IMG/VR virus record: IMGVR_UViG_3300027833_001738
Location: 2,912 to 66,911 of that record
Source: a virus
Taxonomy: Duplodnaviria; Caudoviricetes
Strand: one strand, 5' to 3'
Length of the DNA stretch: 64,000 nucleotides
The stretch's first letter is position 1. Each line of letters begins with the position of its first letter. Below, one piece after another: positions 45,884-55,573 of the stretch. Made by a program: the position numbers and the translations under genes. Below the pieces are notes generated by a model. It was not told the origin of the DNA. It did not search any database and was given only the letters and a program-made list of their open reading frames with translations.

Positions 45884-47555
45884 AAAGATAGTTGTTGTTG
45901 GTGGTGGCGTAGGCGGTTGGCTATCTGCATCTTGGCTAAAGACAAAACATCCAGAACTAGACATAACTCTTATTGAAAGTGATAGAGTAGGAACTATTGG
46001 AATTGGTGAAAGTGTTTTACCACGCCTAGGAACTATGTTAAGCGATATAGGGCTAGAAGAACGTGAGTGGATGTCTTATACACATTCAATATACAAACTT
46101 GGTAATAAATTTATTGGCTGGAATATTCCAGGTAAAAGAGACCATGTTACTAATCATTGGTGGCCTTCTAAGTTTGATGAATCATATTATGGATTTTCTT
46201 ATGCTCTACCTGAAGAACACTTAGCATCCAGTTATTACAATCAATTGAAGACTAATGATTTGTTTCACAACTCTAAAGGTAAAGAAGGTGTTGATGATAA
46301 ATGGAATGATTATTGGTTACAACTAGCACGTGACGGTAGAAAGAACTTATGGGAGATTGCACAAGATACACAAGAAGCAACTTACTTGATGGACTATTGT
46401 AAGTCTCCTTACGATATGAATGACAATTTGATGTTGGGTTCATGGGAAAGTCTAACATATCATATCGATGCAAATAGATTTCCGAAACTAATTAAAGATA
46501 GAGTTGCAATACCAAAAGGTGTTAAGCACATACATGCACATATATCTGAGGTTAAAAAAGACAATGACGGTTACATATCATCTGTAGTAACAGACACAGG
46601 CAAAGAATACAGTGGTGATTTATTTTTAGATTGCACAGGCTTTCATAGAGTTCTTACAAAAGAAATGGATGTCGAATGGAAACCTTATGATGAAATTACC
46701 ACGGACAATTTAATCTTTGCACCAATAAAATACAACGACCCAGTAAAAGAAATGCGTCCATATACTATGAGCAACGCAATGGATGAAGGTTGGTTGTTTA
46801 TCATTTCATTATATAATAGAATGGGTTCAGGTTATATATTTGATGCTAGTGAGATATCTCCAGAAGATGCAATGAAGAAGTATAAAAAGTATTGGGAAGG
46901 TCACGAGTTTATAAGAGAACCTAGACATATAAAATGGGATGCTGGTAAATACGATACACAATGGAATAACAATGTAGTATCAATCGGAATGACTGGTGGA
47001 ATGATTGAACCTATGGAAGCAAACGTGTTAGCACTAGCACAGGCTGGTATGAAAATGGTTGAGCGAATTATTTCACGTGCAGACGAAAATGATGAAGTGA
47101 TTGGCAAAGCATCAATCAAGGCATATAATAGTAATCTAAATTGGCTGTTCGATAACATAACAAAATTTGTAGACTATCACTATACTTTAAGTGACAGAAC
47201 TGACACACCTTTCTGGGCTAAAAAACACCAAAGAGGCATTGATGAAAACCATAAAGAAGAAATATGGAAACAGTATAGAAATCCTAGATGCACACCAGAA
47301 TCAGGTGTACCAGATTATATGTGGGCACAAGTAGCCGTTTCTATGGACAAGTTCGATGATGATGTTGAACTTCATATTCGTCCAGACTTATTAGAGAAAG
47401 CAAACGAATCATTTGAATGGTTAAGAAAGTCTAGTAAACGAAATGGAATATATGCACCAAACGCCTATGAATGGAATAAGAAAATGCTATTCGGTGACCG
47501 AACTCATAGTGAAGTACTAGAAGAAAGTTTAAAACCACAAGATGAAAATAGTTAA
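45867..47555 (+). CDS. flavin-dependent tryptophan-halogenase-family protein
   Basis: GGGVGG, IGIGES, YKLG.KF (PrnA K79 equivalent), YH.DA..F, DLF.DCTGF, IEPME, HY....R.DTPFW; the WxWxIP motif reads GWLFIIS. Confidence 0.88.
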   Translation: MKTKVKKIVVVGGGVGGWLSASWLKTKHPELDITLIESDRVGTIGIGESVLPRLGTMLSDIGLEEREWMSYTHSIYKLGNKFIGWNIPGKRDHVTNHWWPSKFDESYYGFSYALPEEHLASSYYNQLKTNDLFHNSKGKEGVDDKWNDYWLQLARDGRKNLWEIAQDTQEATYLMDYCKSPYDMNDNLMLGSWESLTYHIDANRFPKLIKDRVAIPKGVKHIHAHISEVKKDNDGYISSVVTDTGKEYSGDLFLDCTGFHRVLTKEMDVEWKPYDEITTDNLIFAPIKYNDPVKEMRPYTMSNAMDEGWLFIISLYNRMGSGYIFDASEISPEDAMKKYKKYWEGHEFIREPRHIKWDAGKYDTQWNNNVVSIGMTGGMIEPMEANVLALAQAGMKMVERIISRADENDEVIGKASIKAYNSNLNWLFDNITKFVDYHYTLSDRTDTPFWAKKHQRGIDENHKEEIWKQYRNPRCTPESGVPDYMWAQVAVSMDKFDDDVELHIRPDLLEKANESFEWLRKSSKRNGIYAPNAYEWNKKMLFGDRTHSEVLEESLKPQDENS

Positions 47556-48153
47556 AACATTTATAGGTAAGAATAGTTTTGAATTCAATCTTGTAGAATA
47601 TGACCAAAGTCTACAGAGTGATTTAGAAGATTTCTGTAAGCGATGCGACCAAGAAGGTTACAGTAACAACGCAAGTTTGAAAGCGTTAAAACTTGGCAAA
47701 TGGGGTGACTTAGAAAAGTGGTGGGTTGTATATCATAAAGATAAGATTATCAGCATGAGTGGTGCCCATTATTTTCCACACTTACATTCTAAATGTTTTA
47801 TTATATTGAGTAGAATGGCTACAATGAAGGCATACAATGGAATGGCATCACCTTCTGTATCGGCTAGAAAGATGCAACATAACTTTGCATTTGGAGTTTT
47901 CATGCCAGTTCAAATAGACTGGTGTTTAGAAATGGGTGCTACTGATATTATTGGAACTACTAACTCGCCAGAAAATGATACAGATAATAGTGGCACCATG
48001 TTTAAAGTCCATGAATATGCGAATAAGTTTTTTAAGATAGGCGATAAAGCAACTAGAATACATAAAGACTTTCCAAGTTACAATACACTACAAGATATTT
48101 GGAGATTTAATGTAAGAGACTTTGCGACAATGGAAAAGATAAAATACAAATGA
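47542..48153 (+). CDS. putative GNAT-fold acyltransferase
   Basis: WVVY..DKIIS.SG, ILSR.A, Q.DWC...GA...IGTTN topology. Confidence 0.5.
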   Translation: MKIVKTFIGKNSFEFNLVEYDQSLQSDLEDFCKRCDQEGYSNNASLKALKLGKWGDLEKWWVVYHKDKIISMSGAHYFPHLHSKCFIILSRMATMKAYNGMASPSVSARKMQHNFAFGVFMPVQIDWCLEMGATDIIGTTNSPENDTDNSGTMFKVHEYANKFFKIGDKATRIHKDFPSYNTLQDIWRFNVRDFATMEKIKYK

Positions 48154-49301
48154 CAGTATATATTAACGCAATTAGCGGTCTAACTCCTTTTGGTGACCTA
48201 GAAGACACATGGAAGGCAATAACAAATGATGAAGTTTGTTACGGTCCTCTTACTAAATTTCCACATGATAAGAGCATCAGGTCTAAGGTTTCAGGTGAGG
48301 TTAAGTTTAATGCTGAAAACCATCCTATCATAACTGAAAGAGAACAAGATAAAATGCCATCGTATATGCAATGGGCATTATCATCAGCAGATAAATTATT
48401 ACACAAACAAGATTTAGAAAAAGACAGAACTGGTGTTCTTGTATCAACTGCCCTTAGTATGTATAACGAATCTCTACGAGCAAGTGAAAATAAGAATGTC
48501 AACACTTATACATTCACCCCAAATCTTATATCAAACAATATCAATATTAAATATGGTTTTACAGGACCAAGTACAATGTTGTCTAGTGCGTGTTCTACAG
48601 GACTGTACAGTATCATTATGGGTTGTATGATGATTGAAACAGGGCAAGCCGATAACATAATTGCTGGTGCATTTGATGATTCGATTTATAAAGATGCATA
48701 TAAACAGTTCGGTAAACTAAGAGCATTGTCAACAAAGTACAATGAAACTCCTGAAATAGCAAGTCGTCCATGGGATAAAGATAGAGACGGACTAGTTCTC
48801 AGTGAGGGTGGTGCATTATTCTTATTATCAAAAACTAAGACAGAAGATACAATAGCAGAGATATCTGGATATGCAATGAATAACGATGCATATCAGCCTG
48901 TTGCTCCGCATCCAGACGGGACTATGATAGAAAAATGTATGAAAGATGCACTGTTTTATCGCACACCAGACTTAATCAATGCACATGCAACATCTACCCC
49001 TAAGGGCGATTATATTGAGGTGGATGCAATCAATAGATTAGGACTAGAAGATGTATGGGTAACAGCAAATAAGTCGCAAATTGGTCACTTAATGGGGGCT
49101 GCCGGTGCAATAGAGACTGCTTTAAGCGTACTTTCACTAGAAAATGACATTATTACACCATCTTTAAACATAAATGAACTAGAAGATGGTTATAATATAA
49201 AATACACACCAACAACCATATCACACGAAGTTAATTCAGTACTGTGTAACAGTTTTGGATTTGGTGGTACAAATGCATGTATTTTGTTATCAAAAACTTG
49301 A
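48150..49301 (+). CDS. fabF: beta-ketoacyl-ACP synthase II (FabF-like ketosynthase)
   Basis: Intact Cys-His-His triad: SSACSTG, NAHATST, KSQIGHLMGAAG; SRP.DKDRDG.V.SEG; NSFGFGGTN. Confidence 0.92.
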   Translation: MTVYINAISGLTPFGDLEDTWKAITNDEVCYGPLTKFPHDKSIRSKVSGEVKFNAENHPIITEREQDKMPSYMQWALSSADKLLHKQDLEKDRTGVLVSTALSMYNESLRASENKNVNTYTFTPNLISNNINIKYGFTGPSTMLSSACSTGLYSIIMGCMMIETGQADNIIAGAFDDSIYKDAYKQFGKLRALSTKYNETPEIASRPWDKDRDGLVLSEGGALFLLSKTKTEDTIAEISGYAMNNDAYQPVAPHPDGTMIEKCMKDALFYRTPDLINAHATSTPKGDYIEVDAINRLGLEDVWVTANKSQIGHLMGAAGAIETALSVLSLENDIITPSLNINELEDGYNIKYTPTTISHEVNSVLCNSFGFGGTNACILLSKT

Positions 49302-49356
49302 CAAGATTGCAAAACGTGTTATACTCTTTATATAAGTTAATAAAGAAGTAGGGATT

Positions 49357-50169
49357 ATGATAGACACATCAAACAAACATAGTTACACCCTTGAAAGAGA
49401 ATCAAAAGTTGTTGTTTACTTTGGTAAATATGACTTCACCAATGGTGCTGAGATTATACATAATATAAAATCAATGGATAGTCCATATTCATTTTCTAAA
49501 GATGAACTTCTTACGGCAGCCGTAGTGGCAAATAAATTCAATTCGAAGTATGTTAAAGCCGGCGGGACTTTTGACATAGTTGAGGGTGAATTTGTAAAGA
49601 CCGCATTCAGTAATAAAGACATTCTTGCTTCAATTTTGGTGAGTTATCCTCATTTGATACTTGACGAAGACCGACAAAAATCATCAGACATAATGAGATA
49701 CTTAGAAGGTGAGTTTTCTTTTAAGATACTTGCTGATACTTTAACTGAATTTGAAAGTAGTATTGCTACCTTCTTAGGTGCAGATAGTGATTCATTAGCA
49801 CAGATAATAGGTGTTGCGGCGTATCTTCCTACTTACTATGATAATGCAGTAAAAAATGATGAACTCCGTGAGAGAAGTTTTCATACTGGACATCTCGGTG
49901 AAGTTGGCGAGAAGGTAATAACAGAGATTGAAATACTTAGGTCAAAATACTTGGCAGAGACCGCATTTGGTGGGTCAGGTTACATGGTGAGTGCTATTAC
50001 TAATGACGACCATAGACTTAGTTTCTTCACTACTAACGATGATTTAGCAAACAGTAAAAAGAATGTTAAGGTTTCATGTAAAGTGAAATCACTGGGTACT
50101 GCTTGGAAAGAAGACACGATTAACGAAACTAGAGTTAATTATGTTAGAATTATAGAAACAAAAACTTGA
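49357..50169 (+). CDS. hypothetical early protein with a C-terminal OB-like beta region
   Basis: Own promoter cassette (49298); GHLG.VGEK...ETRVNYV. Confidence 0.7.
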   Translation: MIDTSNKHSYTLERESKVVVYFGKYDFTNGAEIIHNIKSMDSPYSFSKDELLTAAVVANKFNSKYVKAGGTFDIVEGEFVKTAFSNKDILASILVSYPHLILDEDRQKSSDIMRYLEGEFSFKILADTLTEFESSIATFLGADSDSLAQIIGVAAYLPTYYDNAVKNDELRERSFHTGHLGEVGEKVITEIEILRSKYLAETAFGGSGYMVSAITNDDHRLSFFTTNDDLANSKKNVKVSCKVKSLGTAWKEDTINETRVNYVRIIETKT

Positions 50170-50227
50170 CAAACCACAGAATCATGTTATATTATATACA
50201 TAATCAGAAATAAGAGAGGTTACTTCA

Positions 50228-50389
50228 ATGTTAGAACAGTATGAAAATGAAATTAAAAAGTTAGAAATATTTCTTAAGACTTTTTCTGGTAACACTTCAT
50301 CAGTAAAAATGAAGAAGTATGCTATTGAGAAAAAGATTGCAGTATATAAAGACATTGTTAATGAAATGAAATTAATACTTGCTATATAA
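50228..50389 (+). CDS. small hypothetical protein (53 aa), absent from the ORF track
   Basis: Promoter at 50166, GAGAGG SD; MLEQYENEIKKLEIFLKTFSGN...LILAI*. Confidence 0.7.
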   Translation: MLEQYENEIKKLEIFLKTFSGNTSSVKMKKYAIEKKIAVYKDIVNEMKLILAI

Positions 50390-50401
50390 AGGATATAAAT
50401 T

Positions 50402-50932
50402 ATGAGTGAAATAGATATAAAATCAGTATTCCATTTTGCCAATCTAGCACACAAGGGCCAGAAGCGGAAATACACTGGTGAGGACTATATAGTCCATCCA
50501 ATGGCTGTTGCTAGGTTAGTAGAGAAGCATGGTGGGTCGTTGGACCAGCAGGCAGCCGCTTTATTACACGATGTAGTAGAAGATACACCACATACTTTGG
50601 CTGATATCAATGCTTTATTTGGGCATGATATTGCTGAACTAGTTCGATGGTTAACTGATACATCTAAGCCAGAAGATGGCAATAGGGCTGTTCGAAAAGG
50701 CATAGATAGAGACCGATTAGCACAAGCACCAGCAGAAGCACAGTTCATCAAGTTGGCTGATATGATAGATAACTCTGTTACTATTCAGATATTTGATAAA
50801 CCATTTGCTAAGTTGTTTATGGCTGAAATGAAACAGTTAATAGATGCCATGGATAAAGTTGTTGGTAGTTCATTATGGATAGATGCAAATGATGTAGTAA
50901 CTAGATATTACAATCGCCCACAATGGGACTAG
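50402..50932 (+). CDS. HD-domain (p)ppGpp hydrolase-like protein (Mesh1/small alarmone hydrolase)
   Basis: AH.GQ.RK..G..YI.HP..V, AALLHDVVEDT, LT, IKLAD..DN. Confidence 0.85.
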   Translation: MSEIDIKSVFHFANLAHKGQKRKYTGEDYIVHPMAVARLVEKHGGSLDQQAAALLHDVVEDTPHTLADINALFGHDIAELVRWLTDTSKPEDGNRAVRKGIDRDRLAQAPAEAQFIKLADMIDNSVTIQIFDKPFAKLFMAEMKQLIDAMDKVVGSSLWIDANDVVTRYYNRPQWD

Positions 50933-51007
50933 GTATACATCAAAACTTGACAAATACTCGTTTTGGTGTATACTATAAGTATAGTTAAAGAATAAAGAGG
51001 AATTAAT

Positions 51008-52315
51008 ATGCCAACAGTTTCAAATGAACAAGAATTAAATAGTGCGTTAGACGATGTTCTAGCCGCTAACGGTATTGAAGTAGATGATACTCTACCTGAA
51101 CCTGTAGTATTCGACTACACGGATTTACAAGTTAAAGAAATGATTGTGAGTAGTCGTGTTCGCCTTCTTATTCGTCACCCATTTTTCGGTACACTTGCTA
51201 CTCGGTTAAAATTAGTCGAGGCAGAATGGTGTCCTACAGCCGCTACTGACGGCAGACATTTTTATTACAACTGTGATTTCTTCCGAACTATGACACCAGA
51301 AGAAATTGATTTCGTTGTTGGTCACGAGGTTCTTCACTGTGTATACGAACACTGTGGCGAGTATGGTCGTTTGATGGACATGGAAGAAAATTCACGTGAT
51401 ATGAAACTTTGGAATATTGCGGCTGACTATAAAGTTAACCAAGCATTAGTTGAATCACGTGTCGGTGTTATGCCAAAGATGGCATTACATGACCGAAAGT
51501 ATTACAGGAGTTACACCGAAGAGATTTATGAACACCTTAAAGAAACTGGCGAGGGCGATGATAAAGAAACATTAGACCAGCACATGTTTGGTGATGGTAA
51601 CGGTGACGGCAAAAACGACCCTACTGGTCGTGGTGCTCCTATCAAAGTTTCTAAACAAGAAGCACAAGCAATTAAAGACCAGATGAAACAGGCTGTAATA
51701 CAAGCGGCACAATCAACTGATGCTGGTACTCTTCCTGGTGATGTTAAAAGAATTATAAACGGCATGACTAATCCTAAAATGGATTGGCGTGAACTTCTTA
51801 ACATTTCAATTCAAAGTCTTTTGAAAAGTGATTTCACATTTATGAGACAATCTCGTAAATCACAATCAATGGGTGTTTACCTTCCTGGTTCAAAGAATGA
51901 AGAAAAGATTGATGTTGCTATTGCACTTGATGTTTCTGGTTCTATTTCATCTACTATGATTGAAGAGTTTCTTGGTGAGATGTCTGGCATTATGCAACAA
52001 TTCCAAGACTTCAAAATTCGTGTTTGGACTTTTGACACCGAAGTAAACGGTGAGGGTTATAAAGAGTTTGACCCATACAATGCTGATGAACTTAAAGAGT
52101 ATGAGATTATCGGTGGCGGTGGTACTGACTTTGATATCAACTACCAGTTTATGAAAGACAATGATATTGAGCCTGATAAGTTTATCATGTTTACTGATGG
52201 TTTACCTTGGGATAGTTGGGGTGACGAAAGTTATTGTGATAGTTTGTTTATCATTCACGGTTCTGAAAGTATTGTCCCACCTTTCGGTGAACATGCATAC
52301 TATAGCGAGGGCTGA
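51008..52315 (+). CDS. metallopeptidase plus VWA domain protein (DUF2201-like), MoxR partner
   Basis: PFFG.L, TAATDG, HEVLH, WN.A.D..VN; DVSGS MIDAS, GGGGTDF, FTDG. Confidence 0.88.
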   Translation: MPTVSNEQELNSALDDVLAANGIEVDDTLPEPVVFDYTDLQVKEMIVSSRVRLLIRHPFFGTLATRLKLVEAEWCPTAATDGRHFYYNCDFFRTMTPEEIDFVVGHEVLHCVYEHCGEYGRLMDMEENSRDMKLWNIAADYKVNQALVESRVGVMPKMALHDRKYYRSYTEEIYEHLKETGEGDDKETLDQHMFGDGNGDGKNDPTGRGAPIKVSKQEAQAIKDQMKQAVIQAAQSTDAGTLPGDVKRIINGMTNPKMDWRELLNISIQSLLKSDFTFMRQSRKSQSMGVYLPGSKNEEKIDVAIALDVSGSISSTMIEEFLGEMSGIMQQFQDFKIRVWTFDTEVNGEGYKEFDPYNADELKEYEIIGGGGTDFDINYQFMKDNDIEPDKFIMFTDGLPWDSWGDESYCDSLFIIHGSESIVPPFGEHAYYSEG

Positions 52316-52316
52316 T

Positions 52317-52544
52317 ATGAACGTATGGGTTGCAACAATTTTAGTATTACTATTGCTTATTACTGTATTCGCACTCTTTGGCTTTCATGGCTTATTTTGG
52401 GTGGTAACGGTGCCTATCCTTTATATGTGGGCAACAGAAAAAGACTATCCAAAAAAGGTATGTCAGGCTTGTGTAGAAGAAATACATATAGAAGCAACTA
52501 AATGTAAACATTGTGGTGAACCACAACCAACAGAGGAACTATGA
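52317..52544 (+). CDS. membrane protein with a C-terminal double zinc ribbon
   Basis: ATG 52317; two TMs then C..C.E.I...A..C.HCG. Confidence 0.7.
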   Translation: MNVWVATILVLLLLITVFALFGFHGLFWVVTVPILYMWATEKDYPKKVCQACVEEIHIEATKCKHCGEPQPTEEL

Positions 52545-52858
52545 AAAAAATTATAATCTTAATCAGTCTAATCTTAACAACCAGTTCGGCACTTGCTGAA
52601 TCAGAATTTGGTCCAGAGTTTGACCTGTATTCATCTGGTTATACTGATGATGGTTGGTGGTTTGCTCCGTCTGGATTTACATATAAAAATATTGATGAAC
52701 CCATAGACTATGGTATTTGTATGGACTACAAAGTATATGAATGGACTTTATGTAAGGAAATTCTTAAGTCACGTGGATATAGATTTCATAATACTCTCAA
52801 TGATATAGATGTATCAGAAATCTATGAAGATGATTTTGAACTAGCAAAACTTCAATAA
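52541..52858 (+). CDS. exported hypothetical protein
   Basis: MKK signal peptide ending ALA. Confidence 0.7.
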   Translation: MKKIIILISLILTTSSALAESEFGPEFDLYSSGYTDDGWWFAPSGFTYKNIDEPIDYGICMDYKVYEWTLCKEILKSRGYRFHNTLNDIDVSEIYEDDFELAKLQ

Positions 52859-52874
52859 AAAATCTAAACAACTA

Positions 52875-52933
52875 TTGACCTGATAGTTCAAATATGTTAT
52901 TATAATAAAGAGTGCAATTAAGCACTCTTTTTT
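52875..52933 (+). promoter_or_regulatory. sigma70 promoter overlapping a terminator hairpin
   Basis: TTGACC-N17-TATTAT then AAAGAGTGC..GCACTCTTTTTT. Confidence 0.65.
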
Positions 52934-52954
52934 ATTAACTATAAGAGGAAGATT

Positions 52955-53911
52955 ATGATGGAAATGACCTTATGGATGGCAATTGGTTTTTTATTTGCCG
53001 CCTATTCTGTTATTGCAAACGATTCCGTACAAACACTCGGAACGTGGATTGCATCAAACAATGAGAAATTTAAGTGGACTACTATGTGGTTCGCGGCCAG
53101 TGCCGTGTTATTGTGGGCATTATGGTATGGCTGGTATATGTATGGTGGTGATATTAGTTACGGAAGACTAAATCGGATTCCATTTGTAGAAGTACAATGG
53201 TATCACGCAATGGCTCCAGGATTACTATTACTATTAACAAGAGTTGGTGTTCCAGTGAGTACATCATTCTTGGTATTATCAGCATTCGCTTCAACCTTCG
53301 TACTAGAAAAGATGCTTATGAAAAGTATGATGGGATATGCAGTAGCGGCCGTAGCCGCATATGGTATCTGGATGGTTGTAAGTAGATTATTAGACGAAGC
53401 ATCACCAGTTAAAGAATCACATAAGAAGTGGTGGCGTGTTGGACAATGGGCAACTACAGGATTCTTGTGGTGGACTTGGTTGTCACACGATATGGCAAAC
53501 ATTGCCGTATTTTTACCGAGAGTTATACCTTGGGATATAATGATACTAATCAGTGTAGTATTTGTTGGCGGTCTTGGGTTTATGTTCCGTGAAGGCGGTG
53601 GTAAAATTCAACAGATTGTTGTTGAAAAGCATAACACAAAGTATGTAAGAAGTGCTACAATTATTGATGGTGTTTATTGGTTAATCTTGTTCTTCTTTAA
53701 AGAACTGAATGATATTCCAATGTCAACTACATGGGTATTTGTTGGACTACTTTGTGGACGTGAACTTGCAATCGCATCATTCACAGGTAAAAAAGTAAAA
53801 TCTGTTTTCCCTCTTATCGGAAAAGACTTTTTGAAAATGATGGTTGGCTTAGCCGCATCATTAGGAGTAGTATTAATGATTCATTATGTAATCGTTCCAG
53901 CAGGTTTGTAA
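52955..53911 (+). CDS. PiT/PHO4-like anion (phosphate) transporter
   Basis: Polytopic; repeated signature ANDS.Q/PVSTS and HDMAN/PMSTT. Confidence 0.65.
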   Translation: MMEMTLWMAIGFLFAAYSVIANDSVQTLGTWIASNNEKFKWTTMWFAASAVLLWALWYGWYMYGGDISYGRLNRIPFVEVQWYHAMAPGLLLLLTRVGVPVSTSFLVLSAFASTFVLEKMLMKSMMGYAVAAVAAYGIWMVVSRLLDEASPVKESHKKWWRVGQWATTGFLWWTWLSHDMANIAVFLPRVIPWDIMILISVVFVGGLGFMFREGGGKIQQIVVEKHNTKYVRSATIIDGVYWLILFFFKELNDIPMSTTWVFVGLLCGRELAIASFTGKKVKSVFPLIGKDFLKMMVGLAASLGVVLMIHYVIVPAGL

Positions 53912-53949
53912 ATAAAACCAAGGGTATCTCTATTTGATAAATATTCTTT

Positions 53950-54486
53950 ATGAGAGATACCCTCCTTCTAAATGCAGACGGCAATCCTTTAAGTGTCGCA
54001 CCCCTTTCAACACTAACTTGGCAAGAGAGTGTAAAACTCGTTTGGCTTGACCGTATTAACGTCCTGGAATGGCACGAGGACTGGCAGGTACATAGTCCCA
54101 CACTTACAATGACTGTACCGAGTGTTATAATGACCAGAGATTTTGTTAGACAACGGACTAATACTTCATTCAGTCGAAGCAATGTCTATCTAAGAGATAA
54201 TTATATTTGCCAATACTGTAAACAAATGTTTAGTTATAAAGAATTAACACTCGACCATGTTCTTCCAAAATCACTTGGCGGTAAATTAACATGGACTAAT
54301 ACTGTGACTGCGTGTAAAAAATGCAATAATCAAAAAGGTAGTCACACTCACATAAAACCTTATAGAGAACCTAAACAACCAGACTTCTATGAACTGGTAA
54401 GTGGTGTCAGTTTGAAACAAGTTGACCACGAAATATGGCTAAAATATCTAAATACTACAGAAGAGGTCAATATAGTCTACATTTAA
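53950..54486 (+). CDS. HNH endonuclease (McrA-like)
   Basis: L.LNA...PL, PSVI, RD...CQYC, TLDHV.P.S.GG...W.N...AC..CN..KG. Confidence 0.9.
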   Translation: MRDTLLLNADGNPLSVAPLSTLTWQESVKLVWLDRINVLEWHEDWQVHSPTLTMTVPSVIMTRDFVRQRTNTSFSRSNVYLRDNYICQYCKQMFSYKELTLDHVLPKSLGGKLTWTNTVTACKKCNNQKGSHTHIKPYREPKQPDFYELVSGVSLKQVDHEIWLKYLNTTEEVNIVYI

Positions 54487-54496
54487 GGAAGTTCTA

Positions 54497-55573
54497 ATGA
54501 AAAAGAAATCTATTCAATTAGAAGAAATTTCTAATCTAAAAACAATGTCCGAAAAGAACATGGACTATTTGGAAGAGTTTGACTTATTCGAAAAAGGCGG
54601 TGCTAATAACACTATTCTAGTTGACTGGGTACTAGGAAATACCTGTGATTATACATGTACATATTGTGATTCAAATAATTATGATGGTAGTGCGCCATGG
54701 CCAGACCTCGAAGTTTTTAAAAACTGTGTTACTGCTGTAACCCATTATTATAATTACCATAACAAAATAGTTAAATGGAATTTATTGGGTGGTGAAGTAA
54801 CAGTATGGAAAGATTTTGATAAAGCATTAGAGATAATAAACAACGCTGGTTCATTAAATAACACGGTCAGTATACAAACAAATGGTTCTCGTACTGTAAG
54901 ATGGTGGGAAAAGAATGCACACCTGATGTCTGAAGTTCTATTTAGTTATCATCCCGAACAAGCAGATTATAAACATATGACTAAAGTTGTAAATGCTTTA
55001 TATGATGCGGGTGTATATAATATTTCTATGATGGTATGTTTTTATCCAAAACTAGAAGAATTATGTTTTGAAGCAGCCGAATATTTCTTAGAAAATCTAC
55101 GTTGTGGAGGCAGAGTAGCAATGAAGCCTTTACAAAAGAAATTAGGAACGGGTGAAACCTTTGTATACGAAGAGCGTGTTAAAAACAGAATGAATCAACT
55201 CAATAGTATAGATTTGCCAGGAAGAGTACCAGGAGATGGCGAACTAACTCCTTCTATTATGTATTGGACAAACACTACTACAGGAAAAAGAGTGTTAGCA
55301 GATGCAAATAATTTATCACATGAAAGAAGAAATCATTGGAAGGGTTGGGATTGTAATATAGGTATTGAGAAAATAAATATTACTGATGACGGTTGGTTTA
55401 TCAGTGGAAGTTACTGTGGTGATAGTATATACAATTTTGGTCATATTACAAGGCCCGAGGCTATTAAATTTCCAACTAAAAGTATCACCTGTAGATGGGA
55501 TTGGTGTCCATGTGGGTCTGATATATGCACTACAAAATCTAAGAAACGTATCAGATGGATAAGAAATGAGTGA
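54497..55573 (+). CDS. radical SAM protein with a C-terminal Cys cluster
   Basis: W.LGN.CDYTCTYC, GGE.T, TNGSR...WW, SYH, W.C..G, C...WC.C..D. Confidence 0.88.
   Translation: MKKKSIQLEEISNLKTMSEKNMDYLEEFDLFEKGGANNTILVDWVLGNTCDYTCTYCDSNNYDGSAPWPDLEVFKNCVTAVTHYYNYHNKIVKWNLLGGEVTVWKDFDKALEIINNAGSLNNTVSIQTNGSRTVRWWEKNAHLMSEVLFSYHPEQADYKHMTKVVNALYDAGVYNISMMVCFYPKLEELCFEAAEYFLENLRCGGRVAMKPLQKKLGTGETFVYEERVKNRMNQLNSIDLPGRVPGDGELTPSIMYWTNTTTGKRVLADANNLSHERRNHWKGWDCNIGIEKINITDDGWFISGSYCGDSIYNFGHITRPEAIKFPTKSITCRWDWCPCGSDICTTKSKKRIRWIRNE

Noticed and set aside
53950-54486. HNH as an intron-encoded homing endonuclease
   Set aside because: It is free-standing between two intact genes, with no flanking group I intron structure.
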